Below are positions 51,791 to 61,668 of a DNA stretch of 64,000 bases, one piece after another (position 1 is the first letter of the stretch; every line of letters starts with the position of its first letter). The notes beneath the pieces were generated by a model that saw only the letters and a list, made by a program, of their open reading frames with translations, did not search any database and had not been told where the DNA came from. Both the position numbers and the translations under genes were made by a program. Origin of the DNA: Paramoeba atlantica (taxonomy: Eukaryota > Protista > Discosea). The DNA lies in assembly GCA_977017575.1 (NCBI GenBank), contig CDRNVI010000069.1, forward strand, positions 1-64,000, read 5' to 3'.

Positions 51791-52682
51791 AAAACCTGGA
51801 AAAACCCGCGAAGTCCACTCTGACGTAGTGAAGAAAAGTACTTAGTCAAAAATAGTGAAGAATAGTTGACCTCCGTCGTGCCCTTACTGAAATTATTCTG
51901 ATATTCTTTTTTCTCAGTAAAAATCACCCTATCTAATAATTAGCGGGCACCCACCTTCCTCCACTCTTTTACCGCTGAGGATAGTATCACGGATTCTGAT
52001 AACATTATAATAATGAATGAATAAATTATTCGTTCTGATTAAACATTTTCTTGTCCATCCGATTGGAATATTTGAACGTAATTTTTTTTAAATGTAAAGT
52101 TCTCGCTTTATACTGTCGCGGTAATCTTTTATTGCTTCTTTGTCTCTAGCATCACCCTTAAAAAATGTACCCAAACAATCTGGCCTAGATTTCCACTCGT
52201 TTACAAACTTCGACTCAGCATCTAACATAACCACCGTGTCGCGGTACAATTCTCGCTTGCAAAATAAAATGCACTAAAAACTTGAACATTAGTGCAATTA
52301 AGCCGAGACGCAAGTTGCGAAATAACTTCCGTGAAATATCCATTAAATCCATGTGCAACGTTAGACCAAGGAAGAAGGCAAATCTGTGACATCGTGAAGA
52401 TATAAAGCTAATAAATGCCATAAATTATAGGAAGAAATAGAAAAATAGAGTATACAAACATAGGATGATAGAAATATAGTAGGAAAGATAGAAATACATT
52501 GAGACAGAAGTATGAGCTTACATTACGTTCTTCATTTCCCGCTTTCTTTACTGTACTATGCGTTCAAATTTATTGCAATCCCGTAGGATCGTAAGACTTT
52601 CGCTTCTTCACCTTCATTCCTTCCCCATGAACTTCACCCATGCTTTCAGTCGTCTGCTTGATACTCAGAATTTCAAGATGGA

Positions 52683-53461
52683 TCACTTTTTTCCGTAGAG
52701 CAAGTACGGAATCTCATCCGTGCGGCTACAAGTTTCTTGCACCTTCTCCTTAAGATTTTTACTGCGATCGCGGTGCACTCTGCCGTATTCAATAGTCCCA
52801 CCTCGTAGAACACGCCACATCGTCTTGAACCATTGAATCACAACCTCCCGATCCCGCTTGCTATCTTCATATACCCCACCATAACACTTCTTCAAAAATT
52901 CCATCATATGATTTGTGATGGCATCAAAAGGAACCTCACTGACACCTAAGTTCCAGGTCTGTTTCGTCTGATTCCAGCGCCAGTGTCCGGGCATTTCCGC
53001 TTCCTTCACGCCATGTATTTCCGACTTTTCGGCGTCTTTAAAAAAAAGAAGTCTTGCTTCTTGCGCCTTCGTCAAAAGGAGGAGTCCCTGTAACGAAATT
53101 TCAATGTCGATTGGGACATTGCATAATGACTTGAGAACATGCTCTCCGGATCAGAGAATTGGCGAATGCGCGTAGTTATCCACTGTGCGCACATCTCAAT
53201 GATGTTATCCTCCATTCGCTGGGTAAGGTCAGGGGGAGGAAGACGGTCCGGGGCGCATTTGATGGCATTCTTCTCGACACTACTCATGCGTAGCCATTCG
53301 AGAGAAGTTTCTGACCTCTTCAAGGGTATTCGAAAGGTATGCCGTATCGCATACGACACCCATTTCCGCAGGGGTGCATACTTTTCAGAGTCAGGGGAGT
53401 CGATTCCTTCCTCAATGTACTCATCGTCCCCCGGAGGAAAGTCATACTCCAACATGTTCAC
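52683..53461 (-). pseudogene. Frameshifted gene of unknown function (two abutting ORFs)
   Basis: 129-aa ATG ORF overlapping a 130-aa ORF at 53072..53075, at a short T run (TCCTTTTGACG). Confidence 0.45.
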
Positions 53462-53584
53462 TTAGTTTGAAAGAAATGAATACGAACTATCAGTCATATA
53501 ACGCCATTTCATATATTCCGCTAAGTTCGGATACTTTCTGAAAAGAAAAACAAATCAACTTCGCAAAAACCATGACATAAAAAA

Positions 53585-53715
53585 GAGTTTTTCAAAATCG
53601 TTTCACATATTGTGTTTTGAGAGTTTGGGACCTTTACTAGCTTTCTACGCCGTTGTTTTCACAAAATACTCCTTCTTGAAGCCGTGGCACGCCTCCCAAA
53701 GTGACCCCCCCAAAA
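53585..53715 (+). repeat. Old family A fragment
   Basis: CAAAATCGTTTC..TATTGT.TTTTGA.AGTTTGGGACCT..ACTAGCTTTCTACGC matches about 4348..4460. Confidence 0.8.
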
Positions 53716-53885
53716 TGGGTGTCCAGGCAAAACCTGGCAAAACCAGACAGGTTTCAACCTTCTAAGTGGGGGGGGGGGTACCCCGCGGCACTATATGTGG
53801 GGGGAGCACAGTATACACGAAAAACAAAAGAGATCGACAGTCAATCGCTATGCTTGTATAGCCACCGCTCTGTACATGAGTCACT

Positions 53886-54689
53886 TTATTCAGTAACGAC
53901 AATTTGGGTGTAATCAACATAAGTAAACATAGGAAGTTCTGATCTTTTCCCCATGCCGCGCAGTTCACTATTGCTTGTTAAACTGAGATCTTTCAATGAT
54001 GCTGGAAGGTGAGTCAAATTAACGACACCAGAAAACGTATTGAACTTTAGACGCAATGTTTTCAAAGAATTTGGCAGCGAAGTCAAGTCAAGTGTTCCAG
54101 TAAATAAATTACTGTCAAGATAAAGATCTACTAGTCCTGCGGGAAGTGTACTGAGAGATACGTCACCATTAAACTTGTTGCGGGATATACCCAATCTTCG
54201 CATTTTTGGAGGGAGTGAAGTCAAGTCCACGGACCCAGAAAATTTATTACTATTCAAAGAGAATATTTCCAGATTTGATGGTAAATAGTTCCATGGAACT
54301 TCACCTGTTAGGCCTTTTACTTGGTAAGATACATCTAGAAGTTGAAGAGTACGAGGCAAATAAGCGAGATGTAGCGCACCTTCGATCTTTCCAAGGCCCA
54401 AGAAAGCGTTTTCAGCTTTGGGTTCCATCCCATCAATAAATATTCTCTTATACGTGTAAATGGAGGGATTCGAATCCAATTTGAATGATTTCTTCCAGAT
54501 TAGTTCCGATACTTCGCCTCTTTCATTGCACTTTAAGTAAGCCCACTCACAGGCTGGGGTACTACTCTTCCATGACGGATGCGGATTCGTTATATCTTGC
54601 ACAAGATGTGCAAGTTCTAATTCTTGTGGGAGATTGCAGGAACTTACCTTAGCGACACGAGACTTTCGTGTGACTTCAGGAACATCCAT
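53886..54689 (-). CDS. Small LRR protein, close paralog of 57927..58874
   Basis: MDVPEVTRKSRVAKVSSCNLPQELELA..WKSSTPACEWAYLKC, LRRs, and terminal ELPMFTYVD. Confidence 0.88.
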   Translation of the reverse strand: MDVPEVTRKSRVAKVSSCNLPQELELAHLVQDITNPHPSWKSSTPACEWAYLKCNERGEVSELIWKKSFKLDSNPSIYTYKRIFIDGMEPKAENAFLGLGKIEGALHLAYLPRTLQLLDVSYQVKGLTGEVPWNYLPSNLEIFSLNSNKFSGSVDLTSLPPKMRRLGISRNKFNGDVSLSTLPAGLVDLYLDSNLFTGTLDLTSLPNSLKTLRLKFNTFSGVVNLTHLPASLKDLSLTSNSELRGMGKRSELPMFTYVDYTQIVVTE

Positions 54690-55170
54690 GAGATAGAATA
54701 AATACAAAAGGCACTATGTAGAAAAATATTTTACGTAAGCGAACCATTTATCATTATAAACCGGGGTGTATATTACCCTATCACTATGATACTATCGCAC
54801 CGCTAAAAACTACAGTGGTTTCAGCATGTAATAGCCCTCAAAAAGATGCTGATTATCAAAGAAGATATAGTATCTTCTCCCCATCTTGGAAATTAAACTT
54901 TTTTCGAGGATTCGGATTTTCCAAAAATCTTGTCTTAGCTGCTTTTCGAGGATCGAGATCTCTTGTTCGTAACAAGAATGAGCAAAATCAGATAAGAATC
55001 TTAAATTCGCCAGGGGACGATTTACTGGAACCACTCTATGTTCTTTTGATAACGATTCGAAAACTGATGTCCTGTCACAGGTTAATAAACGAACCTTACA
55101 TTTTTTTAAAAGCTCGCAACAACATAGATTTCCACACCCATCCGTTCCTTCACCTCACCTTTTCCCCTTT

Positions 55171-57159
55171 TCAACTCTCCCGAAACAACGGATTCTCCGG
55201 AACCCCCTCCGCGACCTTCGCCCAGGTACTCAAAATCTCCCGCTCCACCTCCTCCGTCGCCGGCCACCGCACCGCCCCCGCCTCATTCTGCATCACCACC
55301 ACCAACGTATTATGCACGGGCTTAAAGTAACTCCGTTCCAAACAATGCTGGGCCCCGTCCACAAACACGTGCCTGGCCTGGGGCACCACCACCACTCTCC
55401 GCACGAACCCCTCTCTGTCTTCCTCCATCCCCACGATACACGCCGTCGGGGGATTCCTCCACTCCGGGATCACCACCGTAAACGACAGCGGCCGGCTCGA
55501 CCCGCTCAGCACGCCCACGACGTGCTCCCGGGCGCGCTCCATCACCTCCTCGACGTACGGGGGGCCGACCTCGAAGGACCCCTCAAGGGGGCGGAACCGG
55601 AAGAAGGACCCGAGGCTGCCGAAGCAGGCGTCGGTGTCGGGGAAGGCGGAGCAGCAGCGGCGGAAGTGGGCGTTGATCGGGGAGGCGAAGCCCTCGAGGG
55701 AGACGCCGAGGGTGCGGTGGAGGGCGTGGAGGACGGGCGGGGGGGTGGCGGCGTGGTGGCCGTGGCCCTCGGAGGGGTGGGAGGAGAAGGCGAGGGAGCG
55801 GTAGCGGTGGAGCAGGGTGAGGAGGCGGAGGGGGAAGGGGGAGGGAGGGGTAGGGGTAGTGGCAGGGGTAGGGGGAGGGGTAGTGGCGGTGGAAGTGGTG
55901 GGGGTAGTGGTAGGGGTAGTGGTGGGGGTAGTGGCAGGGGTAGGGGGAGGGGTAGTGGTGGTAGAAGATGGCTTGTTGAGGTTAGTAGGGGTAGTGGTAG
56001 GGGTAGTGATGGGGGTAGTGGTGGTAGGAGATGGCTTGTTGAGGTTGGTGGTGGTGGTTGTGGTGGTAGGGGATGGAGGGTTATGATGGGTAGTAGGGGT
56101 AGTGGTGGTGGTAGGAGAGGATGACTTGTTGAGGTTAATCGTAGAAGATGGATCGTGCTGGTGAGGTGTCCTGGTAAGTGAAGTAGGGGAGGATGGATTC
56201 TGGAGGTTTGTAGGGGTAGGGGTAATAGAAGGTAGGTTGTCTTTTGAGGAGAAACACTCTGAGGGGTTTGCGTCTTCGTAGAGTTGACGAAATTTGGAGA
56301 AATGAGCGGGGAGGATTTCATGAGAGATACCAAGGGAGGGGAGGGTAAGGGTGACGCGGTCAGGGGCATGGGTGATGTGGATGTTGGAGTAGTCACGGGA
56401 AAGGGTTTTATCGGAGACGGTGAGGGATTGATGATGGAGAGTGGCGACCTCCTCACAGGCCAAAGCGAGGAGGCTTTGTTGGATTTTTTTGGCAACTTGG
56501 ATAGCGTGGGCTTCATCTTTGTAGGCGTCCACAGCGGAGCGCTGCATGCACTGTTTCACTAATTCTCGTTCGAGTAGGATACTGTAGTGGTTCGGGTTGC
56601 ATGGAATAAGGGGATCGTACAGCTTCGTGGCCTTACCTTCAGCTTCAGCAAGATCTTGGGCGGAGCGACATTCGAACAACCACCGGTTGAATGCCTCTCG
56701 AGGACGGGTAATGCTCGCCGCCCGTAGTAGACTATCAAAATGTTTTCGCAACTTTACAAGTGCGAAATAACGGCCCGTTTCGTACCAAGCGTCGCGAAGT
56801 GCACATGATTGAGAAAGAAAACGTTTCTGTATGGAGGTAAGATACTGGTTCACGGACAGGGTGTCTTCGTTGTCCACACCGTTTACGTCTGAAGATTTAT
56901 CGAGTGAGGCTGAACTTTTATGTTCCTGTGAACACGGCTTGGAGCTGGCTTTGTTACCACAAGTCACAAAAATTTTGTCATATGATGCAACGTCCGGAAG
57001 TTTCTCAGGCATAGATGATAAGTAAGGCACGAGTGTGCAGGCATCCGCTCGTTCGTTGGACTCACTAAATTCTAGATGCCGTTTTCTGCGAATATCTGTC
57101 TTTCTATCACGGTGAGTTTTATAGATTTTCCAACCTTCCATGATGCTATTACGTACCAC
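55171..57159 (-). CDS. PCIF1: PCIF1/CAPAM-like cap adenosine N6-methyltransferase homolog
   Basis: LHRYRSL, EGFASPIN, SAFPDTDACFGSLGSFF, SFEVGPPY, LSFTVVIPEW, HVFVDGAQH; Thr/Pro-rich insert. Confidence 0.85.
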   Translation of the reverse strand: MVRNSIMEGWKIYKTHRDRKTDIRRKRHLEFSESNERADACTLVPYLSSMPEKLPDVASYDKIFVTCGNKASSKPCSQEHKSSASLDKSSDVNGVDNEDTLSVNQYLTSIQKRFLSQSCALRDAWYETGRYFALVKLRKHFDSLLRAASITRPREAFNRWLFECRSAQDLAEAEGKATKLYDPLIPCNPNHYSILLERELVKQCMQRSAVDAYKDEAHAIQVAKKIQQSLLALACEEVATLHHQSLTVSDKTLSRDYSNIHITHAPDRVTLTLPSLGISHEILPAHFSKFRQLYEDANPSECFSSKDNLPSITPTPTNLQNPSSPTSLTRTPHQHDPSSTINLNKSSSPTTTTTPTTHHNPPSPTTTTTTTNLNKPSPTTTTPITTPTTTPTNLNKPSSTTTTPPPTPATTPTTTPTTTPTTSTATTPPPTPATTPTPPSPFPLRLLTLLHRYRSLAFSSHPSEGHGHHAATPPPVLHALHRTLGVSLEGFASPINAHFRRCCSAFPDTDACFGSLGSFFRFRPLEGSFEVGPPYVEEVMERAREHVVGVLSGSSRPLSFTVVIPEWRNPPTACIVGMEEDREGFVRRVVVVPQARHVFVDGAQHCLERSYFKPVHNTLVVVMQNEAGAVRWPATEEVEREILSTWAKVAEGVPENPLFRES

Positions 57160-57276
57160 GAAGGGTGTAAACGATTAAAAGAGAGAATATACGATGGCGT
57201 CTAAATTAAAATGGAGATAAAATAGAAATAATAAAACATCTAATAAAATAGATAAAATAGAAATATTAAGAGCCTA

Positions 57277-57396
57277 CACCCCCACCAAAAAGTATTGTAA
57301 TTTATTAGTATCGACGACGAATTTTTGGTCGATACTAATAAATACAATACTTTTTGTGCCGGCCATTTTTGTGAACAGTACTTTTTAGCGGGGGTG
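57277..57396. mobile_element. 120-bp MITE with an internal 28-bp hairpin
   Basis: TA|CACCCCCACCAAAAAGTA ... TACTTTTTAGCGGGGGTG|TA; internal AAAAAGTATTGTA(A)TTTATTAGTATCGAC / GTCGATACTAATAAATACAATACTTTTT. Confidence 0.75.
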
Positions 57397-57926
57397 TAAA
57401 TAACTTTAAAAACTTAATTTTTCACCGTTTCAAAAAAGAACCAATCAATGACAAATATTCTACCAGATGACAAATACAATGTTTGTTATCTGTTTTTGTT
57501 GCAAACGAGAGATCTTGTTCCCCTAGCGAAGAGCTGCGGCGCCATTTTCATATTTCCCCCCTTCTCCCCTCTGGCCGCGGAACGTATGTTTTTTCGAGTA
57601 ATATTGGCATGATTGTGTAAGAAAAGATTAAGAAAATATGTTTCTATTTTTTATTTTTGAAGAGGCGTAAAAACAGCGGGAGCGTGCAGATCTCAAAATT
57701 TCGAAAAAAAGTGATGCTGTCACCCCTCTACGCCCTGTGAAAAAAAGGGTGGGTCACTTATTCGTTGGGGGGTTTATTGAGTAAATGCAATGTAAGTAGG
57801 TAGTAATTCTACGCTAAAAAGGAGGAAGAACGAGTAGTACACGTGTACTTCGCTTGCTTCAAGTTAACAGCAATTTGATTCGAATTATAACAATTTTGTC
57901 TTTCTCTCAACCACACAGGAACAAAA

Positions 57927-58874
57927 CTACATAGTAACGACGATTTGCGTGTTATCAACGTAAGTAAACATGGGAAGTTCAGATCTTTTCCCCGTGCCGC
58001 GCAGCTCACTGTTGTTCCCTAACTGGAGGTTCTTCAATGATGCTGGGAAGTGAGACAAGTCAACGACACCAGAAAACATATTGAACCGTAGGTGCAGGTG
58101 AGTCAAAGAATTAGGAAGTGAAGTCAAGTCGGGTGTTCCAGTAAGAGAGTTACGGTCAAGATGAAGTTCTTCCAGTCCCTCAGGAAGTGTACTGAGAGAC
58201 ACAACACCAGTAAACTTATTGTGAGCAAGACCCAATCTTCGCATTTTTGGAGGAAGTAAAGTCAAGTCCAGCGACCCAGTAAGGGAATTCCAGTCAAGAT
58301 AAAGGTCCTCCAATCCTGCAGGGAGTGTACTGAGAGATACATGACCGGTAAATTTATTCTGGTTTAGTCCTACTCTTCGCAGGGAAGGAGGGAGTGAAGT
58401 TAAGTCCACGGAACCAGAAAAATGATTACCACTTAAAAGAAAAACGTTCAGATTTGATGGTAAATAGTTCCATGGAACTACGCCCGAATATCCGAGTGAT
58501 TGTGGAAAGGATACATCTAGTATTTGAAGAGTACGAGGCAAATGAACGAGATGCAATGTACCTTCAAGCTTTTCAATGCCCAAGAAAGTGCTTTCGGACT
58601 TGGAAAAAAATTCCATTCCTTCAACGTACTTTCCTAACTGCGTAAGAAGTGTGGGCTGCTCAAAATTGAGAGATTTTTTCCAGTCTAGCTCAGATACTTC
58701 GCCTCTTTCATTGCACTTTACGTAAGCCCACTCACAGGCTGGGGTAGTACTCTTCCAGGACGGATGGGGATTTTTCACGTCCTGTACAAATTTTGCAAGT
58801 GCTAGCTCTTGCGGGAGATTCGCAGAACTTACTTTAGCGACGCGAGACTTTCGTGTAACTTCTGGAACATCCAT
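57927..58874 (-). CDS. Small LRR protein, paralog of 53886..54689 with two extra LRRs
   Basis: 315 aa. Same N- and C-termini as its paralog, plus a duplicated 48-aa two-repeat module. Confidence 0.9.
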   Translation of the reverse strand: MDVPEVTRKSRVAKVSSANLPQELALAKFVQDVKNPHPSWKSTTPACEWAYVKCNERGEVSELDWKKSLNFEQPTLLTQLGKYVEGMEFFSKSESTFLGIEKLEGTLHLVHLPRTLQILDVSFPQSLGYSGVVPWNYLPSNLNVFLLSGNHFSGSVDLTSLPPSLRRVGLNQNKFTGHVSLSTLPAGLEDLYLDWNSLTGSLDLTLLPPKMRRLGLAHNKFTGVVSLSTLPEGLEELHLDRNSLTGTPDLTSLPNSLTHLHLRFNMFSGVVDLSHFPASLKNLQLGNNSELRGTGKRSELPMFTYVDNTQIVVTM

Positions 58875-59136
58875 GAAATAAGGTAGAGAGTAAACGGATT
58901 TTTTTGTGAGAACAAACTGTTTATCATTTTATGAGTATTACCCACTACGTAATAATTTTATTGGTCCATTCGCGGCGCCCTCTTTTACGCCGGGGGATAC
59001 AATAAAACCAAGCGCTCCCACTTATTGTACCCCCTTGTAAATAGCGAGCTACAGGTACATTAAAACGGAACGGGGTTCATTATAAATTTACTCTTCAATT
59101 CCATGATAAGACAAAGCAACTCGCATTCCGTTCCTT

Positions 59137-60015
59137 TTATTTTAACTGTACCTGTGTCCCCCAAAACAGAAATCCGGTTTTCCGAGGAAAGACAGACACC
59201 TCAACTTCACCGTGGATCTCAGCATTGTTTTGTAAATGTAACACATACAGCCTTTCAGGAAGATATCGGATGTGTATCAAACCACTGAATTGGTTATTTT
59301 CCATATAGAGACTTTCCATTAATGGAGGTAAATGCTGTAGATCAGGTGTTCCAGAAAATCTGTTTGAAGCAACGTTCAAGTGTTTCAGGCTTAGAGGTAA
59401 TTTGTTGAGATGTATTCCACCAGAAAACTTATTATCGCTTAAATCAAGCTCTAGAAGCGTAGGGGGCAGAGCGCAGAGTTCTACATTCCCTTCAAACCGG
59501 TTTGATCTTAAGTAGAGATATTCAATATTTACTGGAAGATGCTCTAAATGTGCAATGTCTGTAAAGAAGTTTTGTATAAGATTTAGGTATGAGAGTTGCG
59601 GCGGCAAAGCATTAAAGTTGACTGCCCCCGTAAGCATGTTCTCCCAAACTCTGAACTGCTGAAGCGATTGGGGAATCCAGTTCCAATGTAACGATCCCGA
59701 AAGCTTATATCTGTTCCAAATAATCTTCCAGACGTGTATTCCTTCGCATGTCACACCTTTCCAAGCACAAGCTGGAGTAGATGTGTTCCACGAAGGGTCT
59801 GGGTTTTCAATATCCTCAATGAATCTTGCAAGATCATATTCTTGAGGTAAGTTGACACGTTGCACCTTGCTGGGACGAACATGCGTGTATAAAGACCTAT
59901 CTTCCGGAGTGCTATCTTTTAATACGGATACGGTTTTAGCATGTTTGCGTCGTTTGGTAGGTATTTGCTGGTTGTCCGACAACCGAGCATGACGTACTAA
60001 GATACTTGTATGCAT
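59137..60015 (-). CDS. Small LRR protein (family member)
   Basis: 292 aa. RPSKVQRVNLPQEYDLARFIEDIENPDPSWNTSTPACAWKGVTC followed by LRRs. Confidence 0.88.
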   Translation of the reverse strand: MHTSILVRHARLSDNQQIPTKRRKHAKTVSVLKDSTPEDRSLYTHVRPSKVQRVNLPQEYDLARFIEDIENPDPSWNTSTPACAWKGVTCEGIHVWKIIWNRYKLSGSLHWNWIPQSLQQFRVWENMLTGAVNFNALPPQLSYLNLIQNFFTDIAHLEHLPVNIEYLYLRSNRFEGNVELCALPPTLLELDLSDNKFSGGIHLNKLPLSLKHLNVASNRFSGTPDLQHLPPLMESLYMENNQFSGLIHIRYLPERLYVLHLQNNAEIHGEVEVSVFPRKTGFLFWGTQVQLK

Positions 60016-60778
60016 GAATAGGATTTCTTCTAACGCTGTTTAATGCATAATTGGGTTTGAAAAATTAACAAACATATTTAGTGTAAACTCTTCTGTAAAT
60101 CCTACTAGGCTCTAAGATTATTGAGAGAGATGCGTGTCAAATTGGCTTACTAGGATGAATTCGACACAAGTAAAATAATCATAAAAAGAGCTTAAAAACA
60201 TTCGGGTAACCGACGCTATAAATGTAGGTTAAAAGTATGTTTTTTTTCTGATTTTGTTTTTCCGTTCAAAAAAACTTTTTTATAGCTTTTTATAGCGTTC
60301 CCACTTACTGTATACTCAAGATGTTTCAGCTTACAGGGGGGGGGATCACGAAAAGGGTGGGGGGTCAAATTTGTGCCTTGCGAGCTTTTGATCTAATTCT
60401 TTCGACATTCAACAGATCTTGAAATTTTGAGACTACATGCGTTACAACTACTTAGGCACATAGTGGTCGCCACCAATCTGAAAGTCACGAAAATGAGAAT
60501 GACCCTCTGAAAAATGACAAATTATCGTGTCAACGTTCAACTCAAAAAAGTTCCGTGTTGGCGTAATAAGCCCTTCGTACGCGCCAAAGAAGCATGCAAG
60601 AGACATGAAAAACTGAAGAAAACACTAAGCCAACTAAACTTTTTTATTTTTGCTAAGACATTGCTAAGACAGAAGCTATTTAAGTCCCACCTTTAACCCC
60701 CTATTTTCCCGCATAATTCGGTCTCGTAATCAATAGGTTCGTACCTCAACAATAATATTTTTGTTCTTGTCGGGCTTC

Positions 60779-61108
60779 TTAGGGTAAAAAGAAAACACGG
60801 AGCTGAGACATCAGGATCGGATCCTCCGCGGGGCGGTGATATACCATGTTGCTTCCGTAACGTCTCTTCATCAGCTCGTCAAAGGGTGGACACGAGCGAG
60901 ATAGATCAAGCTCATCTTGTCCGGAGAAACCGCGTGGCCGTGCGAAGGGTGTGGGGTCATACCTAACGTCCTCTAAGCCCCATGATGAGTTCGCCTTGAT
61001 GAAATTCTGGTGCTTATACTCTCCGGAAAAGGAGAGACTTCTAAGAGGTTGTGCAACACACCCGTGAGGATCGTTGATAGAAGAGCAACCTGTGCAATCG
61101 ACGCTCAT
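60779..61108 (-). CDS. Hypothetical small protein
   Basis: 109-aa ORF on the coding strand; no motif recognised. Confidence 0.2.
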   Translation of the reverse strand: MSVDCTGCSSINDPHGCVAQPLRSLSFSGEYKHQNFIKANSSWGLEDVRYDPTPFARPRGFSGQDELDLSRSCPPFDELMKRRYGSNMVYHRPAEDPILMSQLRVFFLP

Positions 61109-61668
61109 CAGGGTGGTCAGCTTGAGTCTACGGTGACAGCTTGTGCACCACGCTGGAGACCGTCTGGGAGAAAAGTTATACTCAGTACGTGACGGCGGCG
61201 AGGGAGATAAAAAAGAATCGATGAAATGTCGCAGACTGTCATTTCAAGAAGACTTGCCTTCGCGAACATTGAGAACCCTTACCCGGAGCCATCATTTCTG
61301 TTCAAATGGAAATATGCAAGTCATGCTGCATTTATCTCCTTTGGTCCTTTCAGTCTGGTTTCACAAATTTATGCTGGCAGTACTTTTGTACAGAAAAAGG
61401 ACAAAGGTTCGGGTACAGTACTTGTCCTCGTGGATAAGCAAGTTTTGATAATTTGAGACAAGTAGCGTACTTGGATAAGTAAGAGAGGGTAACGGTAATA
61501 CAACCACCCAAGTTTGAGCCGATCACGGTACTTGTAACAAGGTACCGACCCTCTTACCATATATCAAACACCCAAAGCCTTCTTCTACAACGACCACCGT
61601 CACCCCTGTCACCTTCCTTTTCTATTCCCCCGCACTCGCCCCTTTCTCTCTCTCTTCACTTTCCCCCC

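Noticed and set aside
53066-53085. Programmed -1 frameshift
   Set aside because: No in-frame X XXY YYZ slippery heptamer; mutation or sequencing error is simpler.
61226-61300. RLAFANIENPYPEPS resembling the LRR-family N-terminal motif on the plus strand
   Set aside because: Too short, with no cap cysteines or LRRs following.
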